From a virus: DNA of 64,000 nucleotides. Both the position numbers and the translations under genes were made by a program. Below are positions 43,805 through 52,863 of the stretch, in pieces; within the stretch, counting starts at the first letter, position 1; the number at the start of each line of letters is the position of its first letter. The notes beneath the pieces are model-generated. The model searched no databases, was not told the DNA's origin, and worked only from the letters and a program-made list of their open reading frames with translations. Location of the stretch: positions 32,001 to 96,000 of IMG/VR virus record IMGVR_UViG_3300020156_000002. One strand, given 5' to 3'.

Positions 43805-44344
43805 TTAACTATTTTTCCAATTGGTATGTTCAAACAATCCTAATATAGTTTTATTAACATTATTACCTTTAGTGAATATATAAGGATTAACAGTAATGGC
43901 TTTTACCATTATATTTGGATTATCTTTACATCCTGTTTTATGAATACCTATAACACCTTTCTTTGTAAGAGAAGTTATAGTTTTCCTTAAAGCATCATAA
44001 TGTATATTCATTTCTTCTGATAATTCTTTTACAGATAATATTTTTCCATTATGATGACCACCTTTTCTAACGATACAATCGTCATAACAAATAAAATCTG
44101 CTAATGACATTGCAACTGCAAATTCTCCTTGTGTTAAATATTTTCTCAACTCATTCACTCCTAAATATAATTTCACAAATTTTTCATTACTGTTAAAGTC
44201 GTAAATCTTATCATCTTCTTTTGGTTCTTTATATGGAACTATTTTATCTTTTTCATAAATATCATTTATAATTTCCCCTGTTTCTACATCTACAACATTT
44301 GCTATAAGTTTTCTTTCTTCGCATAATTCTTTCATTCGAGCCAC
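43805..44344 (-). CDS. RepL-like winged-helix protein
   Basis: VDVETGEI, FVKLY, an HTH (VKELSEEMNIHYDALRKTITSL) and VNPYIFTKG. Confidence 0.6.
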   Translation of the reverse strand: MARMKELCEERKLIANVVDVETGEIINDIYEKDKIVPYKEPKEDDKIYDFNSNEKFVKLYLGVNELRKYLTQGEFAVAMSLADFICYDDCIVRKGGHHNGKILSVKELSEEMNIHYDALRKTITSLTKKGVIGIHKTGCKDNPNIMVKAITVNPYIFTKGNNVNKTILGLFEHTNWKNS

Positions 44345-44502
44345 CTTTCAAGTAATTTTTTTAATATAAAATTAATCGTTGGACGTGAACTTGTTCACGG
44401 ACAAAGTTGGGCTGAAAGCACAACTGCATTACATCAAAAATAGGAGAGAAGACTACTATAGCAATCTCTCTCCTATACAATAAATTCCATCATTTATATT
44501 AC

Positions 44503-45228
44503 CTATTTATCGTTTACTAAAGCTTTAATTGTATTACTTCCAACCTCTCCATCTACTGTAATTTTACAAGATTGCTGAAATGCTTTTACATATTTTAAAG
44601 TATCTTTTCCAAAAACTCCATCTATAGATACATTGTAACCTGCTTCATTAAGTTCAAACTGTAGCCATTTAACACTTTCTCCCTTGCTACCTTTAACTAG
44701 CAGGCTTAAAGGTTTGTCGTATGGATTATTTTTCTTTGTTTTTGTAGCCACTGGTTCTTTAGATTCATCATAGTCTATATAATTAAAAGTTAACCAATGT
44801 GTAAAACGAGTATCAGAAATTTTACTTTTTACGCAGCCATAATTTATACCCTTTTCTTCAACACAATATCCATTTCCAATATAAACTCCCACATGACCGC
44901 TATGCCATAATACGGCTCCAATAGGAGCTTTATCTATATCTTTTATTAATCCTCTTTTTGATGCAGTAGAATATAATTGAGCAGAACCTAATATTTTATT
45001 GGTATACCAACTTATAAGACCTGAACAGTCGCAACAAACCTTACCTATAAATTTCTTAGCTTTAGATTTATAAACCAAAGTAAACATATTTGGATAATTT
45101 TTTGCTAAATTATTTAATCTATTTTCTGTAAAGATTCCATCTGCACCTTTCGCTCCGTAAACGTATGGAACCCCTAATTTACTAATTGCAAAATCAGCTA
45201 ATCCTTTTCCAGTTAATTTATTTGCCAT
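44503..45228 (-). CDS. Endolysin (NlpC/P60-like peptidase + PG-binding domain)
   Basis: PYVYG, DCSGL, GHVGVYIG and GSKGESVKWLQ...DGVFG...FQ...VDGEVG motifs. Confidence 0.9.
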   Translation of the reverse strand: MANKLTGKGLADFAISKLGVPYVYGAKGADGIFTENRLNNLAKNYPNMFTLVYKSKAKKFIGKVCCDCSGLISWYTNKILGSAQLYSTASKRGLIKDIDKAPIGAVLWHSGHVGVYIGNGYCVEEKGINYGCVKSKISDTRFTHWLTFNYIDYDESKEPVATKTKKNNPYDKPLSLLVKGSKGESVKWLQFELNEAGYNVSIDGVFGKDTLKYVKAFQQSCKITVDGEVGSNTIKALVNDK

Positions 45229-45301
45229 AGTATTGCCTCCTTAAATAAATAAAAGAGGAGAGAAGATCAACTTCCCTCCAAGTATCAATTTTATAATAAA
45301 A

Positions 45302-45664
45302 TTATTCTTTTTTTGTATCTGTTCCAATAACAATATTTTTTATTGCACTGTTTGTTTCTAACAACTTTTTCATTTCTTCCAGAGCTTCATCCACCCATGC
45401 ACTGAATGTCTCAAAAGAAACTAATTTTGCAGCCACAGGAAATTTAGTAATAAACATGTCATATACGGTGCGAAGTTTTAATATTCCTGTTTGACTACCC
45501 AAGATTCTTTCTGCTTCTACTACAGCATACAGCAACCATTTTTTGATTTTCTTTACTTGATCCTTACTTGGGAGACCTACAAATTTATAAATTGCATATC
45601 CTATAGCTACTAATACTGCTATAACACCAACGATTACCATCCAATTGTTAATAATAAAATCCAT
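45302..45664 (-). CDS. Holin-like membrane protein
   Basis: N-terminal TM segment and WLLYAVVEAERILGSQTGILKL; immediately upstream of the endolysin. Confidence 0.7.
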   Translation of the reverse strand: MDFIINNWMVIVGVIAVLVAIGYAIYKFVGLPSKDQVKKIKKWLLYAVVEAERILGSQTGILKLRTVYDMFITKFPVAAKLVSFETFSAWVDEALEEMKKLLETNSAIKNIVIGTDTKKE

Positions 45665-45722
45665 AATGAAACCTCCTATAATTAAAAAAGAACCATCTCT
45701 GGTTCAGTTAATAAGTACGATA

Positions 45723-46016
45723 TTATTCGACTTCTTTTGTCTCAACAGAAACATCTTCAGTTAATCCTTTTTCTTTTAATTCATTATGTTTTTCACAAAA
45801 TGTTTCAAAGAACGATTTTACAAGGTAAGGAACAAAAGTTCCAATTATAATAGTAACAACAGCTTTACTTAAGCTTTCGGCAATTTCTGTCTTTCCTATA
45901 AACGCCAATATATAGCTACATGTAACCCAGAAAACACCGCACCATAAAAGCCGATTAGTCCATTTTTTAGTAAATGTTATAATTTGCTTATCTGTAAATT
46001 TGAATTTCTTTTTCAT
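45723..46016 (-). CDS. Two-TM lysis-module protein
   Basis: Two hydrophobic segments; position within the lysis cassette. Confidence 0.55.
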   Translation of the reverse strand: MKKKFKFTDKQIITFTKKWTNRLLWCGVFWVTCSYILAFIGKTEIAESLSKAVVTIIIGTFVPYLVKSFFETFCEKHNELKEKGLTEDVSVETKEVE

Positions 46017-46025
46017 CGCAGCCTC

Positions 46026-46436
46026 CTAATCAGAAACAATAAGTGGCAATTTGCGAACCTTATGTACAATTGTTGTTACGTAACTATTAGCGTGTAAAAT
46101 CTCAGTATAAACTGTATACATGTCCTCTATTGCCTGTAATTGATATTGGTCTATTTCTTTTCTTTCAAGTGCATCATTACAAGCCGATACAATACTATAT
46201 CTAATTTGTATTTTTGTTATTTCGAATAATGCATCAAATTTTAATAACAAGTCTTTATAAGATGACTTTAATTCATTAATTTCTTTGCTGTGATTATTTA
46301 CTGTCTCATGAAAATCTTCATTAGCCTTTTTTATTTTGTAAGCTTTATTAAAATTAGTCCAGAACCACCCCCCTATATTAATTAACGCTAATACAATTCC
46401 TATTACTAACCCCGCATTTTGATTTAACCATTCCAT
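46026..46436 (-). CDS. Membrane-anchored coiled-coil protein of the lysis module
   Basis: N-terminal TM segment, coiled coil and Y..L.ANS pattern. Confidence 0.55.
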   Translation of the reverse strand: MEWLNQNAGLVIGIVLALINIGGWFWTNFNKAYKIKKANEDFHETVNNHSKEINELKSSYKDLLLKFDALFEITKIQIRYSIVSACNDALERKEIDQYQLQAIEDMYTVYTEILHANSYVTTIVHKVRKLPLIVSD

Positions 46437-46491
46437 AACCCATTTACACTCATCCTTTCTTTTATTATAAGCAGTAGTGATTATTTACTAC

Positions 46492-46590
46492 TTGCCAAAT
46501 TATGGATTTGTGCTATAATAACATATAGCGCATTCCATGCGTAGAGAAGGACATACTCCCCAGTAAAGAGATTTATCCTTCTCTTTTTTT
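46492..46590 (+). ncRNA. Candidate ~65-nt small RNA, antisense to the late transcript
   Basis: TTGCCA(46492) plus TGcTATAAT(46511), no ORF, ending in the hairpin AGAGAAGGA...TCCTTCTCT and a T7 run. Confidence 0.5.
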
Positions 46591-46652
46591 ATTGCATTTA
46601 AAGACATTTTTGGCATAAAAATAACTAGGTATAAATCTATACTTAGTTAGGA

Positions 46653-48950
46653 TTATTCCATATTGTTTATTATTTTTTTAATTAACCATTTACTAAAATT
46701 CACATAGCTAGTACGGTCATTTGTGTGAAATCTGTGTATAGTATGTCCTATTCCATGCTGAACACCACCTCCACTTGTAAATAAAACAGTATCTTCAATA
46801 AAACTAAAAGGTTCTGTTATATTTGTTCCATTTTCACTGTTATATTGTTGTACATATGTTTGGTAATTATTATTAAAAAGCATTGGTATAATAGAAGCAC
46901 ACCATATATTTCTTGTATCAGCCATTAAAGTAGTAGTATCGTGATTTTGACTGAGATATGTTTGGAAATCAGATGTGTCTTTACTATAGTAATATAAAAA
47001 CCATTTAAACAAGTTTGATGTAGTTGAATCAAATAATTCGTTGTATTGAGCGTTAAAATATGAAGTATCATTTCCAGTTGTCCACAATCCATTCTGGAAG
47101 CAAGGAATCCAATAAATAGGCAAGCCGGAATTCATTATGTTCAAGTAAGCATACTCGTTTAGCCACACATTTGTTTCTAGGTAAGTTCCCTCATAATCAC
47201 CTGCAAATACATAAATTTTATCTACTTTATCTATAAACAAGGATGGATTTCTATTATATGCAGATGATATATCTCTCATACTTCCTACTCCTAAAATAGT
47301 TGTCTTTTGATTTGCTTTTTTGATTTTTTCTAACAATATTTCTATATTATTTTGTGTTTGAATACTAGCACTTAATCCTATTTTATCAGAATCCGATAAA
47401 TTAACATCCAACCCAAGATAGTAAGAAATATTTTTGTTTGTTACAGTATTTAGATTATCTATTATTTCAGTTCCAGTAGAATTTAATGTAGCAATATCTC
47501 CTCTGTCCAAAGATATAGTTAGTGCAATTTGTATTAATGAATAAGCCATAACAGTATCAAAGTAATCATCAAAATCACCATTTTTTTGTATATCAGTGGA
47601 TAGTATTACATTGTTTGGTAATGCCTGAATAGTATTATCAACATTTATAATATTCCAAGCAAGGCTCCATCCCGTAGTAACATTTCCATATCTATAAAAT
47701 AGTTTATCACTTGTATAAAAATACTGCAAAAAAGCATTTACTTCATTATCTAATGACCTTACCGTTATTAATGTATACCATGTATATCCTAAAATATTAT
47801 ATAATCCAAGCGCAATCGTGTGTGATAAGTTGGTTGTTATTCCTAGTGGAAATTCGTCTGGTGTTGGCATGGTATCATATAAAGAATTCCCCTTACCGTT
47901 AAGTTTAGTTAATTCATCAACTTCGTTTACAGCACTAACCAAATCAGCGTTTGATTGGGTTTGGAGTTGAGATTTGTCACCAATATATTTGAAAATGTCA
48001 GTAGCTTTATTTTCGGTGTCATATACAGTTGTCATCATATTGCCACCAGTACCATCCGCACCTTTCGCAGCAATACATTTCCACCACGTATTATCTGCAT
48101 TAGCTATAGGAGAATGTCCTGAGTTAGCAGTAGTGGGGGATATACATTGGTATGAGGCGCCAAACTTTGTTATATGATTACCAACAATATAATTTTTTGT
48201 GTCATCATATGTTTCTAGTATTTTATAAGCGTCATAAAATTCTTGTCTTGTTGTTTCGGCAGTAGCTCTATTTGTTTCAGCAATCACCCTTAATGCTTCA
48301 GCACTTTGTATGGTAGTATTTGTTTGATTTGCAGTATTAGCTGCATTAGTGGCATCAGTTGCTGCATCATTTGCTAAAGTAGCCTTTTCATCAGCAAGAG
48401 TGGCTTTTGAATCTGCTAAAGTAGCTTTTTCATTTGCTAAAGTTGCTGCAGCATTAGCAGAAGTTGCGGCATTGTTTGCATTTGTAGTGGCTGTTTTACA
48501 TGCTTCTACCTGTGTAACCACATCTCCGACTTTTAATAAAGCTTCTGTTAAAGCGGTAAATTCTCCAGTTTTTACAATAAACTGTTCTATATTCACACCT
48601 TTTTCAATTAACATAGTTGATGCAAATGTAGAAGTTGTTCCACCAGTGGCAGAATCAACAATTGTAAAAGTACAAGGGTGTCTTCCGTTTAATGCAGAAA
48701 TCGCAGAAGTAACAGTAAATTTAATTTTTCCATCAGTTGTAACAGGGCAATTATTAAAAATTGGTTCTGCATTTACACGAGACATAGAAAATGTAACCTG
48801 TGCAGTTGATGGGACTATGTAGTCATCTGATCCATTTACAAGTTTTATGTAAAAAACTCTGTCTATATTGTCTCCTTGTGGTATATCAATATAACAATAT
48901 TCGGTTCTTTTACTAATATTAAGAGTTATTTCCTGTGGTATAAGTGCCAT
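46653..48950 (-). CDS. BppU-type baseplate/tail fibre with Ala-rich stalk and C-terminal nucleoside-hydrolase-like domain
   Basis: N-terminal IPQGDNIDR...GEFTALTEAL (BppU-like) and ATLAxxK heptads. C-terminal STDIQKNGDFDD, LGVGSMRD, KVDKIYVFAG, ETNVWLN and SGLPIYWIP motifs. Confidence 0.7.
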   Translation of the reverse strand: MALIPQEITLNISKRTEYCYIDIPQGDNIDRVFYIKLVNGSDDYIVPSTAQVTFSMSRVNAEPIFNNCPVTTDGKIKFTVTSAISALNGRHPCTFTIVDSATGGTTSTFASTMLIEKGVNIEQFIVKTGEFTALTEALLKVGDVVTQVEACKTATTNANNAATSANAAATLANEKATLADSKATLADEKATLANDAATDATNAANTANQTNTTIQSAEALRVIAETNRATAETTRQEFYDAYKILETYDDTKNYIVGNHITKFGASYQCISPTTANSGHSPIANADNTWWKCIAAKGADGTGGNMMTTVYDTENKATDIFKYIGDKSQLQTQSNADLVSAVNEVDELTKLNGKGNSLYDTMPTPDEFPLGITTNLSHTIALGLYNILGYTWYTLITVRSLDNEVNAFLQYFYTSDKLFYRYGNVTTGWSLAWNIINVDNTIQALPNNVILSTDIQKNGDFDDYFDTVMAYSLIQIALTISLDRGDIATLNSTGTEIIDNLNTVTNKNISYYLGLDVNLSDSDKIGLSASIQTQNNIEILLEKIKKANQKTTILGVGSMRDISSAYNRNPSLFIDKVDKIYVFAGDYEGTYLETNVWLNEYAYLNIMNSGLPIYWIPCFQNGLWTTGNDTSYFNAQYNELFDSTTSNLFKWFLYYYSKDTSDFQTYLSQNHDTTTLMADTRNIWCASIIPMLFNNNYQTYVQQYNSENGTNITEPFSFIEDTVLFTSGGGVQHGIGHTIHRFHTNDRTSYVNFSKWLIKKIINNME

Positions 48951-49044
48951 AAATTACCTCCTTTATGTAAAAATATGTAAGTTGATTAGTCAAAAATAGC
49001 TATATTTAGTATCAAATAATACCAAATATAGCCTTAAATTCATG

Positions 49045-49062
49045 ATAAAAGTGTTATTTTAT
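49045..49062. repeat. 18-bp junction palindrome with perfect arms in the tail module
   Basis: ATAAAA-GTGTTA-TTTTAT, 5 bp downstream of the stop of ORF 49068-49256(-). Confidence 0.6.
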
Positions 49063-49067
49063 TAGGT

Positions 49068-49678
49068 CTACTTGTTTGCTTCATTTTTTGAGTTGTCTTG
49101 GATAATTGGGTGAGTTAAAACATCAAACACAAATCCCATTCCAGTAATGTTATTTACTCCTGCAACTGGGAGAGTATTAAGAAAGTTTAATACCTGTTCA
49201 ATCTTGGCTCCATCATATAAAGCTGTTTTTATTTCTTGGTTCATATCTTTTTCCATTTAAAATTCCTCCTCTTTTGCGCATAATAAAAACACTCCCTGAA
49301 TAGAAGAGTGTTTTATAAAATTCATATTATAATTTAATAATAAATCCTTATAAAGCCATCATAACTTTCACCTACAAGAACAATAGTTATATAATTCCCA
49401 TCACTATGATATTGAATCATATCAACATTATCAGCAAGAAAAGAGTGCAATGCATATTGGTTGTCCCACAATATTTCATCTGCATCACTACAAATCACGA
49501 TACCTTGAACTAATTCCATTGTTAGATTGTATAACTCATAAGTACAGGGTTCATCGTTATCACTAATCCATTCTATGATAGTATAATGGTGAGGTGCTTG
49601 CCAATTATCATATTCTTCTAAAAATTCAATAAGATGATTAATTCTTGATTCTTGAACAGTAGGATAGATGTTAAGCAT
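49068..49678 (-). other. Hypothetical ORFs 49068-49256 and 49334-49678
   Basis: ORF track; the latter overlaps the antirepressor stop. Confidence 0.65.
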
Positions 49679-50450
49679 TGGCGTGTGCCTCCTGCAATTT
49701 TTCTAAATCAAATTCATCTTGCATATCCTTTTTGTTAATAAGTTTATATATGTAATTTAATCCTTTGGGTGAAACCAATGTAACACTACCAATCTTACCA
49801 TGCCTAGTTTCTTCTACAACCACTTTGAACATTCCATTATTTCTAAATCTTCCATATGGAACATTATAATTGCTTTGGCGAGTTAGAACTTTATTTTTTC
49901 TCAAGAAATCCATTAATTTTGTCCTACCGATTTCTACCATTCCTGCAACATCTATAAATTGAAGATATCCATCTGAGTCCATTAAATCTGAATATGCTTG
50001 TGCTTTTGGTTTTAATTCTGATATAATAGTATTCTTTTCTTGGATGGTTTTTTCTGCAATTTTTAATGCCTTTGCCATAATTAATTCTGGTGAATCCTCT
50101 TTAGAAATAGGAATATAACCGCCTGTAAGACGAATTTGTTTTAGATATTTTTTGATTTCATTCTTTAATGGTTTAGATTCTTTTTTACGTGAAGCCATTA
50201 GTGTATCATATAGACCATCTTCATTTACAAATACCTTTTCTTGTTCTCCTCCAAGGGTGTCAATTAAAAATACACCCTTTTGATCGTCTGATAATTCAGC
50301 ACTTTTAATCATTTGCCTGTAATTTGATATTCCAAGCCAATTTGCAATATCAGATGGTAAAAAATATGGATTTTCGATGCTTCCATAAAAATTAATTTCT
50401 TTTCCTAGTATTTCTTTCCTGCATACAATTTGTAATTTTACTTTTTTCAT
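49671..50450 (-). CDS. ant: Antirepressor (BRO-N + ANT/KilAC)
   Basis: YGSIENPYFLPSDIA, TLGGEQ, NEDGLY, IRLTGGY, LIMAKALKIA, LKPKA and VSPKG motifs. The RBS favours the ATG at 50450. Confidence 0.9.
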   Translation of the reverse strand: MKKVKLQIVCRKEILGKEINFYGSIENPYFLPSDIANWLGISNYRQMIKSAELSDDQKGVFLIDTLGGEQEKVFVNEDGLYDTLMASRKKESKPLKNEIKKYLKQIRLTGGYIPISKEDSPELIMAKALKIAEKTIQEKNTIISELKPKAQAYSDLMDSDGYLQFIDVAGMVEIGRTKLMDFLRKNKVLTRQSNYNVPYGRFRNNGMFKVVVEETRHGKIGSVTLVSPKGLNYIYKLINKKDMQDEFDLEKLQEAHANA

Positions 50451-50472
50451 ATTCATTTCCTCCAAAATATAA

Positions 50473-50576
50473 TTGATAATATTCTGAAAGCATGATATAA
50501 TAACAATATAAGAACAACATTCTTATGTATTGCAGTCACTTATTCTTTTCGACGAGAGAGTGGCTGCATTTTATTT
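50473..50576 (+). ncRNA. Candidate antisense RNA against the ant leader
   Basis: TTGATA(50473)-17 bp-TATAAT(50496) with an extended TG. Hairpins ATAAGAA/TTCTTAT and TGCAGTCACT/AGTGGCTGCA followed by a T run. Confidence 0.55.
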
Positions 50577-50783
50577 ATTCCTATTCAATTTGTTTCCGAT
50601 TTTTTCAACGGCTTCTAGGCTAAACAAATAGTTCCTTTTCCCTGCTTCACGCATCTCAGACTCATCTAAATCTAATGATTGAGCAACTCTTATTATATAG
50701 CTAGGAGTCATATCAAATTTCTTGGCAACTTCAGTAGTAATAAATATATTGCGAACGTCGTTTCTTTTATCGTTCATATTCAT
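50571..50783 (-). CDS. Small HTH DNA-binding protein
   Basis: FITTEVAKKFDMTPSYI...RNYLFSLEAVEKI pattern. Confidence 0.65.
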   Translation of the reverse strand: MNMNDKRNDVRNIFITTEVAKKFDMTPSYIIRVAQSLDLDESEMREAGKRNYLFSLEAVEKIGNKLNRNK

Positions 50784-50788
50784 ACCTC

Positions 50789-50832
50789 CTTGTTACGTAG
50801 ATAATCATAACATGTAACAAGTCATATGTCAA
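50789..50832 (-). promoter_or_regulatory. Promoter with overlapping operator for the HTH-ant operon
   Basis: On the - strand, TTGACA-17 bp-TATGAT. IR CTTGTTAC/GTAACAAG brackets the -10 and touches the RBS. Confidence 0.7.
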
Positions 50833-50964
50833 TACTAAATATGAAGAAATTAACATTATTTTTCCCATCAAAAAAGCACTCTCCAAAGTAGAAGGGTGTT
50901 AAGTTGATTAATAATAATAATAAAAGCCTTGGAAATCCAAATAAGGCAACCAAAGCTTGATTAT

Positions 50965-51360
50965 TTATAAGTTATCTATGATATGTTCATATTCATCTAA
51001 ACTATGTATAAATTTAATTAATTTTTCAAAGAATGTTGTGTCTAAGTTTCCTATTACTTCGAAATCTAATTTTTTTCTATCAAAATAATAAAATTGTTCT
51101 GCTTTGATATATCCATCTTTTGTATTGCCATTTAAAACATTACTATCATTGTGAGTTATTTCAAAATTTCCAGGATACTCTAACTTTTTTAATCTTTGTT
51201 GAGGGGAAGAAAATGAAGACATAACATTACACATTAAATTATAATCCAATCCTTCTATTTTCCCATGCTCAACATTTAATACTACAAAAGAATGCTTGTC
51301 TATTTCTTTACCTTGACTAATATAACTCTTAACTAAAATAATATCCCCAACTTTGCACAT
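50965..51360 (-). CDS. PemK/MazF-like toxin-fold protein
   Basis: VGDIILV...HSFVVL...DGYIKAEQ..FDRKKL..IGNL pattern. Confidence 0.55.
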   Translation of the reverse strand: MCKVGDIILVKSYISQGKEIDKHSFVVLNVEHGKIEGLDYNLMCNVMSSFSSPQQRLKKLEYPGNFEITHNDSNVLNGNTKDGYIKAEQFYYFDRKKLDFEVIGNLDTTFFEKLIKFIHSLDEYEHIIDNL

Positions 51361-51363
51361 TTA

Positions 51364-51594
51364 TTATTCCTCATTATTTGCTTTTGTAATTATAACTTTT
51401 TTATTTCCATTCAATACTTCATTGTCCCAAATTATTGGAGTTACATCTTTTAATGCTTCTTTAGATGATATAATCTTAGATTTCTTTGTGTTTATTATAT
51501 TCATATTCAATGTAGCATATCCAGCAGCACTCATAGAATTATCCTCCTCTTTCTTATCAAAATCATTTTTATTGTCTCTCATATATATCACCAA
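51364..51594 (-). CDS. Small upstream partner (candidate antitoxin)
   Basis: Ends 3 bp before the start of the PemK-like gene. Confidence 0.4.
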   Translation of the reverse strand: MVIYMRDNKNDFDKKEEDNSMSAAGYATLNMNIINTKKSKIISSKEALKDVTPIIWDNEVLNGNKKVIITKANNEE

Positions 51595-51871
51595 CTTTCT
51601 AACATATTTTATAATAAGTATTTACCATATAATATGTAGTATTCAGTTTGTAGATAATATATGTTAGTAGAAGTGTTACGTTTTGTCAAATAATACTTCC
51701 GTTTAGTTAAGTATACCACTGTTACAAATTTTGGACAAGTATAAAATGGTGAAATTTTCATTAAAAAATATTGGAGTCTGAGAGAGTATTTTTTTTAATC
51801 GAATTGAGCGTCCTATATGATATCAAAAAAGCACCTACCTTGTGAGTAAGTGCTTAATGATTTTTACATAA

Positions 51872-52435
51872 CTAATAATCCTTATGTTTTGCCGTGGTAT
51901 AATAAAGATTATTCATATCTTTAAAGTAGGCGATATTACTTTCTATATTATATACTAATTTATTATCTACAGTTAAAAAACTAATACCAAATTCACTTGC
52001 TAAACTTGCATTAAAAGCATCTGCACTACCCAAAGCTTTACATGTTTCTACTTGCTTTAAATATGTATCTTTGTCTCCATCTAATGGAATAAGAATATCA
52101 TTGTCGATTAATATTTTTAACGAACTCAATGTATTCTTTTCAATTTCATCTTTTTGTTTATCAGTCAGTACTATTTCTGGATGTTTTTCAAGATAATTAT
52201 TGATAGTCTTCCTGTGGGTTGTAAGATGAGTGATTTCATTTAAAACACATGGATTAATATACAAAAAGATTGCATTATCATTATTAAAAATGTGATTTTC
52301 AAACAGTGTCTTAACAGTAGTGTGCCATGTATCATGCTCGCTTAGATATGCAATTAATACACCTGTATCTAATAGTATATCTTCTTTTTCTAAAAAGCCA
52401 TTAAATGACCTATCATTAAAGTTAATTTTTTGCAT
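51872..52435 (-). CDS. PIN-domain (VapC-like) nuclease
   Basis: LLDTGVLIA, DTWH, VLNEI, SADAFNASLA and FLTVDNKL motifs. Confidence 0.85.
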   Translation of the reverse strand: MQKINFNDRSFNGFLEKEDILLDTGVLIAYLSEHDTWHTTVKTLFENHIFNNDNAIFLYINPCVLNEITHLTTHRKTINNYLEKHPEIVLTDKQKDEIEKNTLSSLKILIDNDILIPLDGDKDTYLKQVETCKALGSADAFNASLASEFGISFLTVDNKLVYNIESNIAYFKDMNNLYYTTAKHKDY

Positions 52436-52631
52436 ACTTCATCTCATCCCTCATTTTGTTGATATCGAGAGGAGATTTAACAGTACCAAGCAATTTCTTT
52501 AATATTTCTTTTTTATCGGCTGTTAATCCATTGATATTAGTCTTGTCTATTTTTTTTAACATAATATCATCCTCCTTGGTTGATTCATCTTTTATTGGTT
52601 TATCCTTGTTCTCATTCATATTCACCACCAC
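52422..52631 (-). CDS. Small overlapping upstream partner (candidate antitoxin)
   Basis: Overlaps the PIN gene start; C-terminus LLGTVKSPLDINKMRDE is VapB-like. Confidence 0.55.
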   Translation of the reverse strand: MVVNMNENKDKPIKDESTKEDDIMLKKIDKTNINGLTADKKEILKKLLGTVKSPLDINKMRDEMKYAKN

Positions 52632-52863
52632 CTTTACTTGATTATAAACGATAGTATTTACACTTTTTGTAAAAGTATGGCGGTAAACATAAATAATTAA
52701 CCACTAAGCTGTAACATAATATTACAATTTATATTTATATTATGGCACTTTATACATATAATGTCAACAGATTATTCTGTGAATATTGGGAAATGTTTGG
52801 TTTGGGAGAGGTGATAAGCATAATAAAAGAGCAATGAAAATTAACTCATTACTCTTTTATATA

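Noticed and set aside
48349-48822. Antisense Ala-rich ORF and other opposite-strand ORFs (e.g. 4380-4628, 39104-39382, 43193-43531, 58297-58650)
   Set aside because: They mirror real genes, lack RBSs and show no family motifs.
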